This document shows, in pieces, positions 28,617 to 36,889 of a stretch of 64,000 nucleotides of DNA; position 1 is the stretch's first letter; each line of letters opens with the position of its first letter. Source of the DNA: Clostridia bacterium (GTDB lineage Bacteria; Bacillota; Clostridia; TANB77; CAG-508); the NCBI GenBank assembly GCA_017456555.1, contig JAFTJF010000003.1, forward strand, positions 64,404 through 128,403, written 5' to 3'. The position numbers and the translations under genes are program-made. A model generated the notes under the pieces. The model saw only the letters and a program-made list of their open reading frames with translations. It was not told the DNA's origin and searched no databases.

Positions 28617-29453
28617 TTAATTTCCTTTTTTTCTTAATATTTTTTTATAAATGATTTCTCTAATAAAATTTGGCATTAGGCATGTTATAATACTTGCACT
28701 AGAACTTATAATATAATCTTTTTTTGAAAAAAAACCATTTTTTACTTGTTCCGTTTTAAATTTTAATATAGATTTTAAATATTTGATGCCACCACGCCTT
28801 TTATAAAAATCGTCACTCACTCGCATATATACCAAATTTTCTTGAATGTTATATGCTTTTGCATTTACATTAAACAACCTAATCCACATATCATAATCTT
28901 CACATAAATAATATGTCCTGTAATTTCCTGCTTCCAATATTTTACTTTTTCTTAATAACATCGATGGATGTCCAAATGGGTTTCTTTTTTTAGCAAATTT
29001 AATAATTTCATTATGCTTTTCAGGCAATACTCTATAAGCTCTTATGTTCTTTATATCTCCTGTAAATTCAGCTATATTAGACCCTACCATATCTAAATTA
29101 TATTCTTGTATAATTTTCAACTCTTTTTCTATTCTATCTTTTCTAGAAATATCATCTGAATCCATTCTAGCAATATATTCATTTTTGCATTGTTTTACAC
29201 CTATTGCTAATGCTGGTCCTAGTCCAATATTCTCTGATAATTCTATAATATTAAATATATCTGAATACTTTTTACAATATTCAGATATAACAAAATTCAA
29301 TTCTTCATTTAATTTTCCATCTTTTACTATTACAAAATCATTTGTTTTTATAGTTTGATTCATCATACTTTCTATGCTTTCTATCAGCCAATCTTTATTA
29401 TCTTTATAATATACACTCATCAAAACACTATAATTTATTGCATTTGTATCCAC
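28617..29453 (-). CDS. glycosyltransferase family 2
   Basis: YSVLMSVYYKDN..ESIESMMNQT and the DxD-type ARMDSDDIS motif. Confidence 0.85.
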   Translation of the reverse strand: MDTNAINYSVLMSVYYKDNKDWLIESIESMMNQTIKTNDFVIVKDGKLNEELNFVISEYCKKYSDIFNIIELSENIGLGPALAIGVKQCKNEYIARMDSDDISRKDRIEKELKIIQEYNLDMVGSNIAEFTGDIKNIRAYRVLPEKHNEIIKFAKKRNPFGHPSMLLRKSKILEAGNYRTYYLCEDYDMWIRLFNVNAKAYNIQENLVYMRVSDDFYKRRGGIKYLKSILKFKTEQVKNGFFSKKDYIISSSASIITCLMPNFIREIIYKKILRKKGN

Positions 29454-29457
29454 TTCT

Positions 29458-30195
29458 CTATACTGCTCCCTCTTTTTTTAAAACAGATATTACAGTTTTA
29501 AATAAAATTCCTATATCCATAAAAATAGAATTATTAACAACATAATGAAATTCCATTTCAACTCTTTCTTCGTAAGAAGTTTCACTTCTTCCATGTGCTG
29601 CCCAATATCCAGTCACACCTGGTTTAACACTTAAAACTGCATTTTTAAATTCTCCAAATTTTTCAATTTCACCATCTATTACAGCTCTTGGACCTACTAA
29701 ACTCATCTCTCCTTTTAGTACGTTTAAAAACTGTGGAAATTCATCAAGAGATGTTTTTCTTAATATTTTTCCTATTTTTGTAATTCTTGGATCATCGTTC
29801 AATTTTCTATGTTCTTCCCACTCTTTTCTAGCATCTTCATCTTCTTTAAGAAGTTTTTCTAAAACTTCTTGTGAATTCATACACATACTTCTAAATTTAT
29901 ACATTTTAAAGTGTTTTCCATTTTTTCCAATTCTTTCATGAGAATAGAAAATTGGTCCAAAATCCTTATTTAAAATATTTATTATTTTCACAACAATAGT
30001 AAGTGGAATTAATATAATAATCCCTACTATCGCCCCAACTATATCCATAATTCTTTTGAAAAAAGAATTTATATATTTTATGTATTTAATACTTTTCCTA
30101 AAAACAATTAATCCTTGAATTTCTGAATTTAATTGATTGTTTTCAGTAACTTCTGTTTGTTCAAAAGTTTGTAAAACTCCTTCATTTATATTCAT
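29458..30195 (-). CDS. undecaprenyl-phosphate sugar phosphotransferase (small monotopic PGT, Bac_transf family)
   Basis: FKRIMDIVGAIVGIIILIPL..PIFYSHERIGKNGKHFKMYKFRSM..DEFPQFLNVLKGEMSLVGPRA. Confidence 0.9.
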   Translation of the reverse strand: MNINEGVLQTFEQTEVTENNQLNSEIQGLIVFRKSIKYIKYINSFFKRIMDIVGAIVGIIILIPLTIVVKIINILNKDFGPIFYSHERIGKNGKHFKMYKFRSMCMNSQEVLEKLLKEDEDARKEWEEHRKLNDDPRITKIGKILRKTSLDEFPQFLNVLKGEMSLVGPRAVIDGEIEKFGEFKNAVLSVKPGVTGYWAAHGRSETSYEERVEMEFHYVVNNSIFMDIGILFKTVISVLKKEGAV

Positions 30196-30366
30196 CTTCT
30201 ACATCCTTTTTTAATTTTTCATTAAAAATAATTTTGGAAACTCTGAGTATATTTTGATTCAATGAATCACTTCTTTATATGCACTTCTAGTACATAATGC
30301 CGATACCCAAGCAAATTAAATTTTTCATATAGAAAAAATCAATTACCTATCTATTCCTAGTAGGAT

Positions 30367-31596
30367 TTAATCTAAAATAAGTCCAAATTTTTTCAGACAC
30401 ATTTTTCCAATATTCATTGCAGTATTAAAATAATAATTCCCATTATGACCATTCTCACATGAGAATTCACTTTCATTTCTCTTCACTTTTGCTCTACATT
30501 TATGACATTTACTTGCTGTGTAATTTTGTCTAACAGTTGTAATAAGTATTCCTGCTCTAAAAGACTTATAAGATAAATAATTTATAATTATTCTTCTTAG
30601 TGTTATTGGACTGTATTTTCCAACTTTATGCCCAAATCCAACAACATCATCTTCTAATTTTGTTATAGAAATTACTTTGACATTGTTTTCTAAACAGAAA
30701 TCAATTATTTCTTTACTAACTTTGTGAGCTGTATTTTGTCTAATGCGATTTAGTTTTTCCCAATATGTCCTATGGTCTGCTTTATCTAGTGTTTTCTTTC
30801 CATTTTGTCTATGTTTCTTAATTTGCTTCAAAATCTTATCTGTTTGAAACTTGTAATAATTTCCACCAGAAATAAATTTTGATTTTACAAATTCTCCATT
30901 TCGGTTTAAAATAGTGCAGATTGCAATATTATCTGTATTAGAAAAACTAATTCCACACACCCTCAAATTTTCATCTTGCATTCTTTCTTTAACTGGTCTT
31001 ACATCTTCTACAATTTCTCTGACAGGAAGATGCATCATTACATATCGAGAATTAATAACAAGAGTCGGTGACATACTTTCTAAGTTTTCATCAAACGCTC
31101 TGCCTTTCAATTTTGCTTTAAACCACTCCCATTTATAACCATTCCAAAGTTTAAGCATTACAGAATCTTTTTTTAATTCTTTATACATTCCTTGATAAAA
31201 AACAGGAGAACAATTAAATTCAGTTGTAATCGATGGTTCTTTTCCTTTTTTCCCCTCTTGTTTCTCATAATCACTTAATAGTGAAATATAAGACCTTGCA
31301 GAACCAATTGCTTGATTTATTGCTGATCTTCTAAAATATGTTGGTAATTCCATATCTAAATAATTCTTAGGAACATCGCCATTTCGACTAATAATTGTTA
31401 TTTTTTCAAGCTCTCTCAAACAATATTGATTACTTAAATTTAAAAACTCTATATTTTCTAGTAATAAGTTGTAATAAAATAAAACAACTTGGTTATAAAT
31501 ATTCTTAGTAAGTTTTACAAAATCCATATGATTGATATAAAGTCTCAACTTATATGTAATTGTGCAATATCCAGCCTTATTTTCAGTTAATTCCAT
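30367..31596 (-). CDS. TnpB-like (IS200/IS605 OrfB-type) protein with apparent loss of RuvC catalytic residues
   Basis: TnpB hallmarks: N-terminus ITYKLRLY, LPTYFRRSAINQAIGSARSY, Zn-ribbon CHKC..C. The RuvC-I position reads GISFS instead of GxDxG. The RuvC-III position reads YYFNTAMNIG instead of xxDxNAAxNI. No Y1 TnpA gene is adjacent. Confidence 0.7.
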   Translation of the reverse strand: MELTENKAGYCTITYKLRLYINHMDFVKLTKNIYNQVVLFYYNLLLENIEFLNLSNQYCLRELEKITIISRNGDVPKNYLDMELPTYFRRSAINQAIGSARSYISLLSDYEKQEGKKGKEPSITTEFNCSPVFYQGMYKELKKDSVMLKLWNGYKWEWFKAKLKGRAFDENLESMSPTLVINSRYVMMHLPVREIVEDVRPVKERMQDENLRVCGISFSNTDNIAICTILNRNGEFVKSKFISGGNYYKFQTDKILKQIKKHRQNGKKTLDKADHRTYWEKLNRIRQNTAHKVSKEIIDFCLENNVKVISITKLEDDVVGFGHKVGKYSPITLRRIIINYLSYKSFRAGILITTVRQNYTASKCHKCRAKVKRNESEFSCENGHNGNYYFNTAMNIGKMCLKKFGLILD

Positions 31597-31618
31597 ATAT
31601 CACACCAACCTTTTTTAT

Positions 31619-31646
31619 TTTCGTTAAATATGCTATTTAACGAAAA
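31619..31646. repeat. left inverted core site (IR-L) of the invertible cassette
   Basis: TTTCGTTAAATATGCTATTTAACGAAAA, internally palindromic (TTCGTTAAATA-TGC-TATTTAACGAA). Its reverse complement recurs at 32739..32766 with 26/28 identity. Confidence 0.75.
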
Positions 31647-31672
31647 TAACCTCATTATAAATTACTTATGAG

Positions 31673-31701
31673 ATTATATCAAACATGTATATAAATTACA
31701 A
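31673..31701 (-). promoter_or_regulatory. extended -10 promoter (TTGTAA-17-TGATATAAT) inside the cassette, firing toward IR-L and the TnpB-like/EPS operon
   Basis: Minus strand: TTGTAA at 31701..31696, a 17-nt spacer, TATAAT at 31678..31673, preceded by TG at 31681..31680. Confidence 0.55.
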
Positions 31702-31769
31702 GGAAATTTCGACATTTTTCTATGTAAATTTTTTGTGTATTCGGCAGAGCCGTAAGAAAGGGGATTTCA

Positions 31770-32699
31770 TTGTTCAAGATTAAACATTTATTTTTTACAA
31801 AAGATATTTATTTTTATACTATTATAGATAGTTGGTTAATCTATAAATATAACTCAGTAAAAGAATCGACCTATTTAAAATATAAATATATGATAAAAAA
31901 ATATCTTTATCCTGAATTAAAATATAAAACATTAAAAGAGCTTATCAATTATGACTATAATAATTTTATAAGTAAGTTTTATTATTTAAATAACAATACC
32001 ATAAAAACTTTAATAACCATATTAAAATCAATTCTTAAATATACAGAAAGAAAACATAATGTTGATTTAAAATTAGATTTAATTCAATATCCAAAAACAT
32101 TAAAAAAAGAATTAGAAATATTTTCTGATAAAGAAAAACAAAAATTAATATCTTATTGTTATAATGATAATTCTCTGAAATCAATAGGGATATTAATCTG
32201 TTTATATACAGGAATAAGATTAGGGGAACTTTGTGCATTGAAGTGGAAAGACATTAATTTAAAAACAGATATAATTTCCATTAACGAAACATTACAAAGA
32301 GCTTATGATAATGACTCAACAAAAATTATAATAGGACCTCCCAAATCAACTTCATCTATAAGAAAAATACCTATAAACAAAAAACTTCATAATATTTTAT
32401 ATTCGGTGTATAAGCTCAATAAATATGATAGTAATGCTTATTTTTTAACAGGAACTATTGATAAATTTATAGAACCTCGTAACTATCAATATACTTTCAA
32501 AAAAATCCAAAAAAATTTAAATATACCAAATCATAATTTCCATATATTAAGGCACACATTTGCAACAGACTGTATAAAAATAAATATGGATGTAAAATCA
32601 TTAAGTAGAATATTAGGACATGCAAATGTGAATATAACGCTTAATAAATATGTTCATCCATCTTTTGATTCTACCAAAAAATATTTAGAGAAAATCTAA
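31770..32699 (+). CDS. tyrosine recombinase (XerC/D-like, putative invertase)
   Basis: TTG start behind a GAAAGGGGA RBS. GIRLGELCALKWKDI (Arg I), HILRHTFATDC (HxxR), LGHANVNITLNKYVH (His..Tyr). Confidence 0.85.
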   Translation: MFKIKHLFFTKDIYFYTIIDSWLIYKYNSVKESTYLKYKYMIKKYLYPELKYKTLKELINYDYNNFISKFYYLNNNTIKTLITILKSILKYTERKHNVDLKLDLIQYPKTLKKELEIFSDKEKQKLISYCYNDNSLKSIGILICLYTGIRLGELCALKWKDINLKTDIISINETLQRAYDNDSTKIIIGPPKSTSSIRKIPINKKLHNILYSVYKLNKYDSNAYFLTGTIDKFIEPRNYQYTFKKIQKNLNIPNHNFHILRHTFATDCIKINMDVKSLSRILGHANVNITLNKYVHPSFDSTKKYLEKI

Positions 32700-32701
32700 G
32701 G

Positions 32702-32742
32702 CTCGTATAAAGATTTCAATCTTTATATGAGTCTTTTTTTTT
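32702..32742 (+). terminator. intrinsic terminator of the recombinase gene, abutting IR-R
   Basis: 13-bp stem CTCGTATAAAGAT-TTCA-ATCTTTATATGAG followed by a T9 run. Confidence 0.8.
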
Positions 32743-32766
32743 CGTCGAATAGCATATTTAACGAAA
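32739..32766. repeat. right inverted core site (IR-R) of the invertible cassette
   Basis: TTTTCGTCGAATAGCATATTTAACGAAA. Its reverse complement is TTTCGTTAAATATGCTATTCGACGAAAA, which matches IR-L at 26/28 positions. Confidence 0.75.
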
Positions 32767-32783
32767 TTTTTTAAGCACAAAAA

Positions 32784-32809
32784 AGCAAATGAATCTTCGT
32801 TCATTTGCT
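32784..32809. terminator. bidirectional terminator just outside IR-R
   Basis: AGCAAATGA-N8-TCATTTGCT flanked by A6 and a T-rich run. It overlaps the stop codon of the ORF at 32801. Confidence 0.65.
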
Positions 32810-33091
32810 TTTCTTCTTATTATCATTTAATGATTCTACCATTAATGAGTTTGCAAGAGAAAAACCATATTTGAAACCGACTCTCATCATATTAATTCCT
32901 TTTTCTTGATTTAAGTCCATACAATCAGAAAGCATTCTTTTAATATCTTTATTAAATCTTTTTCTAACATTATCTTCGCTCTCTTCTGCAAGTTCTGACA
33001 ATTTTAAATATCTTTCATCTCTTTCTAGTTTTTCAAATAGTTTATTCTCATAATTATAATAAAGTTCTTCAAGTGAATTTTCAATTTCCAC
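32801..33091 (-). CDS. hypothetical small protein (96 aa from the GTG start)
   Basis: The ORF in the track starts at 33148. A GTG at 33091 behind a GGGGTGA RBS is the more plausible start. No family recognised. Confidence 0.4.
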   Translation of the reverse strand: MEIENSLEELYYNYENKLFEKLERDERYLKLSELAEESEDNVRKRFNKDIKRMLSDCMDLNQEKGINMMRVGFKYGFSLANSLMVESLNDNKKKSK

Positions 33092-33323
33092 TTTTTCACC
33101 CCCATTAATAACCAAATTTATATTAATGGTAACACATAAAAACCCCATTTTCTACTTTTTTTGATGATAAAAGTGTTGAGACCGTAAAGCTTTCAGCCAA
33201 ACATCTTGAAATTACTCATAACTTTTTTTAACTGTTTGGGGACTTTTTAAACTTTTAAACTCATTTTCAAACAAAAACACAAACAAAATCTCTATACTCC
33301 TTGAAAATACTCATCAAAAACCC

Positions 33324-33337
33324 GTCCAGCTACACCA
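33324..33337 (+). repeat. tRNA-3'-end-like remnant (GTCCAGCTACACCA), a candidate secondary att junction
   Basis: It ends in ACCA and is followed by a terminator-like hairpin (GAGTCTCT-TTTT-AGAGACT..). It lies 47 nt downstream of the motif CAAACAAAATC, almost the same spacing (48 nt) as at the outer attR. Confidence 0.4.
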
Positions 33338-33514
33338 TTGAGTCTCTTTTTTAGAGACTTTTTTTATTTTTTCTTTTTATCTTTTTTTATCCTTTATTAA
33401 TCACTTTTAGCAACTACAAACGCCTCTTATCACCTCTTATTTACTCTCAATTTATTTAAACAGAAACCCAAACAAAATCCCTAAAACATATTAAAAACAG
33501 TAATAACCACGCCG

Positions 33515-33528
33515 TCTGGGTGCACCAA
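33515..33528 (+). repeat. attR core: direct repeat of the tRNA-Arg(ACG) 3' end
   Basis: TCTGGGTGCACCAA is identical to 11280..11293. The next 5 nt match at 4 of 5 positions. Confidence 0.75.
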
Positions 33529-33664
33529 GAAGTAGTTTTTTAAAACTGCTTCTTTTTTTATTTTATTGCCAATTCGTTAAGATGTATTATAGTATCAATT
33601 TTGCTATAATATTATAAATATGTTATAATATTGCTATACTACAAAAGTTAAAGGAGGAATAATT

Positions 33665-34354
33665 ATGAAGAAAAAAATAATAATTATTTTGCTAGTTATT
33701 CTTGTTATTTTATTAATTGTATTAAGATTTTATAATGAAATCGGATGGTTTATACACGAAAAAATATATGACTATAAATATAAAAATGCATATTGCATTG
33801 AAAAAGATTTATCTTATGATATTGAAAATAATTTAATTGAAGAAAATTTGGTTGAAATAGATGATTTTAAAGTGGTTTTATCTGATTTAAATTATACAGA
33901 AAATAAATTAAATTTTAATTTAAAATTTTTACATTTAAAACCTTTAAATCATTCAGGATATATATTGAGGGTATTTAATGAAGACTATTGCTTAGGCGAT
34001 AGATTTAACGGACAAATCTCTTTGGATACATCTTTTGAATGGTTTATAAGTATGGATAAATTTTACGAAAAACACTTTAATATTCATAATGCAACAAGAA
34101 ATCAAAATGAGCATATGTTATTTAAAGGTAATATAATAAAGCATGACGAACTTTTTGACGATGGCACTTTAGTGCATAAAATATCTTTAGAAATACCAGA
34201 GGAATTTGTTATAGATGATATTTTAAATATTGATTTATTTGATATGAATTATCAAAATATTGGAGATACTAATTTTTATCAAGTAAAAGAACCTTTAACT
34301 GAATTACAATACAATATTAACTTTACAAACACAGATTCGACACCTAGCAATTAA
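33665..34354 (+). CDS. hypothetical N-terminally anchored protein (229 aa)
   Basis: AAAGGAGGA RBS and an N-terminal TM segment. No family recognised. Confidence 0.55.
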   Translation: MKKKIIIILLVILVILLIVLRFYNEIGWFIHEKIYDYKYKNAYCIEKDLSYDIENNLIEENLVEIDDFKVVLSDLNYTENKLNFNLKFLHLKPLNHSGYILRVFNEDYCLGDRFNGQISLDTSFEWFISMDKFYEKHFNIHNATRNQNEHMLFKGNIIKHDELFDDGTLVHKISLEIPEEFVIDDILNIDLFDMNYQNIGDTNFYQVKEPLTELQYNINFTNTDSTPSN

Positions 34355-34398
34355 AGATTATTGATATATAAACAAAAATGTCTGTAATGGCGCAACAA

Positions 34399-34430
34399 AC
34401 ACCAGTAGAAATACTGGTGTTTTATTTTTT
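34399..34430 (+). terminator. intrinsic terminator
   Basis: ACACCAGTA-GAAA-TACTGGTGT followed by a T-rich run. Confidence 0.7.
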
Positions 34431-34470
34431 ATAAAATTTGTAGATTTTTGATATTGCTTAAAAACAATTG

Positions 34471-35205
34471 TCAATTATTTGATATTCTTTTAAACTCTTT
34501 CAATATATATCTAACAAAATAAATATATAATATATATCCTACAAGAGTTATTATTATTGATATTACTCCTAAAATATCGGTTATATTTTTAGCATTTTCA
34601 TCTATAAGGGAAAAATATGAATCGGATATAAAACGTTTTTCTACTTTGTATGTAATATCTCTATAATGCACATACATATGATAATCATCTGGAAATCCTT
34701 GATCAAATCTAATTTTATATACATACTTATCTTCTTCAAAAACTTTTTCCAAAAATTCTTTAACTTCTACATTTGAAATTTCACTTATCTTAGAATTTAC
34801 TTTTAATTCATATTGACTAGTTCCAGGATATAGTGAAAATCCTTTTATTATAATAAATAGTGTTGCTACAAAAAACAGTAGATTTCTAATAATTAATTTC
34901 TTTTCTTGATTATTTATATATTTTCTAGCAAATATAATACCTACTATAATTGAAATTATTAAATATGGTATTGCTAAAATAAACGTTATTAAAAACATCC
35001 ATATAACTGGCATTCCAACAATATTTAATATGTTATAAAAAATTCTATACACATTTAAATCTATCAATATTTTAGAAAAATCCGAAGTGTTCATTAGCAT
35101 CATTGTTAAATAAATAATAAAATACGAAACTATAATTCCTGTAATTATACCTAAAACTTTGATAATAACATATATAATTTTATCTGAACGCTTTGCATTT
35201 TCCAT
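34471..35205 (-). CDS. hypothetical polytopic membrane protein (244 aa)
   Basis: Four or five TM segments. No family recognised. Confidence 0.5.
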   Translation of the reverse strand: MENAKRSDKIIYVIIKVLGIITGIIVSYFIIYLTMMLMNTSDFSKILIDLNVYRIFYNILNIVGMPVIWMFLITFILAIPYLIISIIVGIIFARKYINNQEKKLIIRNLLFFVATLFIIIKGFSLYPGTSQYELKVNSKISEISNVEVKEFLEKVFEEDKYVYKIRFDQGFPDDYHMYVHYRDITYKVEKRFISDSYFSLIDENAKNITDILGVISIIITLVGYILYIYFVRYILKEFKRISNN

Positions 35206-35281
35206 ATTCTTCTCCTCTTATTACTTTTATATAATTAAATTTATATTAATTATATAAATTTTATAATTCTAGTTTTATTAC

Positions 35282-36889
35282 TTACAGAAATTCTATATCA
35301 TCTAAAAACTCTTTCACAGTTTCAATATTTTTAATATTATTTGGAACTTCTAATTCATACACCATTCCTTTGTATATGAACATATAAATATTATAAACAT
35401 CACTACTACTTTCTGTCCACATAATAGCATCTATTTCTTTTAATTTTGTATTTTTAACATTATAAAATTTAAAATCATTAAAAGTAAAATTCTCAGAATT
35501 AATTTTTTGACCATCTATAATTATTTCTCTATTTTTTCCTAGTTCTAAAATTTCTGACCTATTTAAATTTATTGCATCTGCTCTATTTTCTAAATATATT
35601 GGATATTTTTCTTGAAATGGATGCACTCCCCAAGACACGCTATCAACATATCTTCTAAATTCTGCAAGCTCTTCTAATGTCCTATTTTCTAAATTTTCAT
35701 AACATTCTAAACGAATAAAATCGTTATACTCCTTTTTATCACCAAAATATTCATATAATCTTAAGTCCATTCTATAAATAGTTCCATCATGTAAGGTTGA
35801 GTTGTTTTCATAAATATCAACATCTAATTCTTCATCATATTTCAATTTTAAATCTTGCCATTTTTTTGTAGTATATGAAATCTCTTTTCTTGCTTTTTTC
35901 TTAATATCATTTCTTAAATCAATAGTAATTGTTCCTTCAGATAATTTTTCTGTTCCATCAACTTCAGATATATTTATAGTAATTTTTGAATCAAAATCTA
36001 TTTTCTTAAAAACAATTTCTGTTGGTGTTCCTCCTGGAATTCTTTGAATATTACTTGGAAGAATAACTTCACCATTTTCATCAATAATTTCTATAAAATA
36101 ATCTACACCACCAGTAAGGTATCCATCTAAATAACATACCAGTTTTGTTGCCAAATCTGATTTTTTTATTTCTAATAAATTTAAAGTTTTATATATATGA
36201 TTTTCTGGAATCTCTTCTAATTTCAATTCTTTTAATGTAACTTTCTTATCATCAAATATATATTCTTCATAATCAAGTACTTTTCGTTTGCTTTCTAATG
36301 GAATTCTAAAACTCCATTCTCCTATATGCTCACCTGTATCTAAATATTTAGGTAAATAAATTTTAGTTTCAAATATTGCATTATCACTAATTTTACTTGT
36401 ATCGAAATTGTATACAGCAATAGCCTCATACTCTGTATCGTTTATTTTATTAAGTGTCATTTGAATACTTCTTTCTAGTCCATATACATTCTCACCATCT
36501 ATAATTCTGCTAATATCTATCATATTATTTACAAAAGTTTCTTCTACATTATTTACTTTTAACTTATATCCTACAATTAAAGTGTTATCGTCAAAACCAT
36601 AACTTTCTAATATCAAACTCGCATTTTCATCAACTTGTACATCATTTACTTGTGTTACATCGAAAAGTTCTAATTTGTCAAGAACATATGAAATTATATT
36701 TTGATTATATGTAGCATATGTATAAATATTTCCACCAACAATTCCTGCAACAATAATAAAAGAGGCTGCTTTGAAAAACATATTTGTTTTTTTCTTTACT
36801 TGAGTATTATTTTCTTTTCTAAATTCTTCAATTGCAATTTTTTCTTCTAATCTTTTTAATACTCTTTGATTCAAATCTTTATTTTCCAT
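35282..36889 (-). CDS. putative anti-sigma factor / membrane-anchored ectodomain protein
   Basis: Its start overlaps the stop of the sigma gene at 36879..37433 by 11 nt. Short cytoplasmic N-terminus, one TM segment and a large beta-rich ectodomain (GEWSFRIPLE motif, as in DUF4179-type anti-sigmas). Confidence 0.55.
   Translation of the reverse strand: MENKDLNQRVLKRLEEKIAIEEFRKENNTQVKKKTNMFFKAASFIIVAGIVGGNIYTYATYNQNIISYVLDKLELFDVTQVNDVQVDENASLILESYGFDDNTLIVGYKLKVNNVEETFVNNMIDISRIIDGENVYGLERSIQMTLNKINDTEYEAIAVYNFDTSKISDNAIFETKIYLPKYLDTGEHIGEWSFRIPLESKRKVLDYEEYIFDDKKVTLKELKLEEIPENHIYKTLNLLEIKKSDLATKLVCYLDGYLTGGVDYFIEIIDENGEVILPSNIQRIPGGTPTEIVFKKIDFDSKITINISEVDGTEKLSEGTITIDLRNDIKKKARKEISYTTKKWQDLKLKYDEELDVDIYENNSTLHDGTIYRMDLRLYEYFGDKKEYNDFIRLECYENLENRTLEELAEFRRYVDSVSWGVHPFQEKYPIYLENRADAINLNRSEILELGKNREIIIDGQKINSENFTFNDFKFYNVKNTKLKEIDAIMWTESSSDVYNIYMFIYKGMVYELEVPNNIKNIETVKEFLDDIEFL

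Noticed and set aside
30279-30297. Similarity between ACTTCTAGTAC in the TnpB-like downstream spacer and the ACTTACTAGTAC / ACTTAGTAC arms of the twin hairpins at 2054..2158, considered as a possible guide-target pair
   Set aside because: The match is only about 11 nt and needs an indel. In 128 kb of two-strand search space this is not clearly beyond chance, and no TAM-like context could be argued. It needs a genome-wide search after the guide has been mapped experimentally.
30367-32699. TnpB-like gene plus neighbouring recombinase considered as an ordinary two-gene IS (IS605/IS607-type)
   Set aside because: IS605 uses a Y1 HUH TnpA and IS607 a serine recombinase. Here the neighbour is a tyrosine recombinase enclosed by its own inverted core sites that exclude the TnpB-like gene. 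No IS200/605-type subterminal hairpin ends were recognised.
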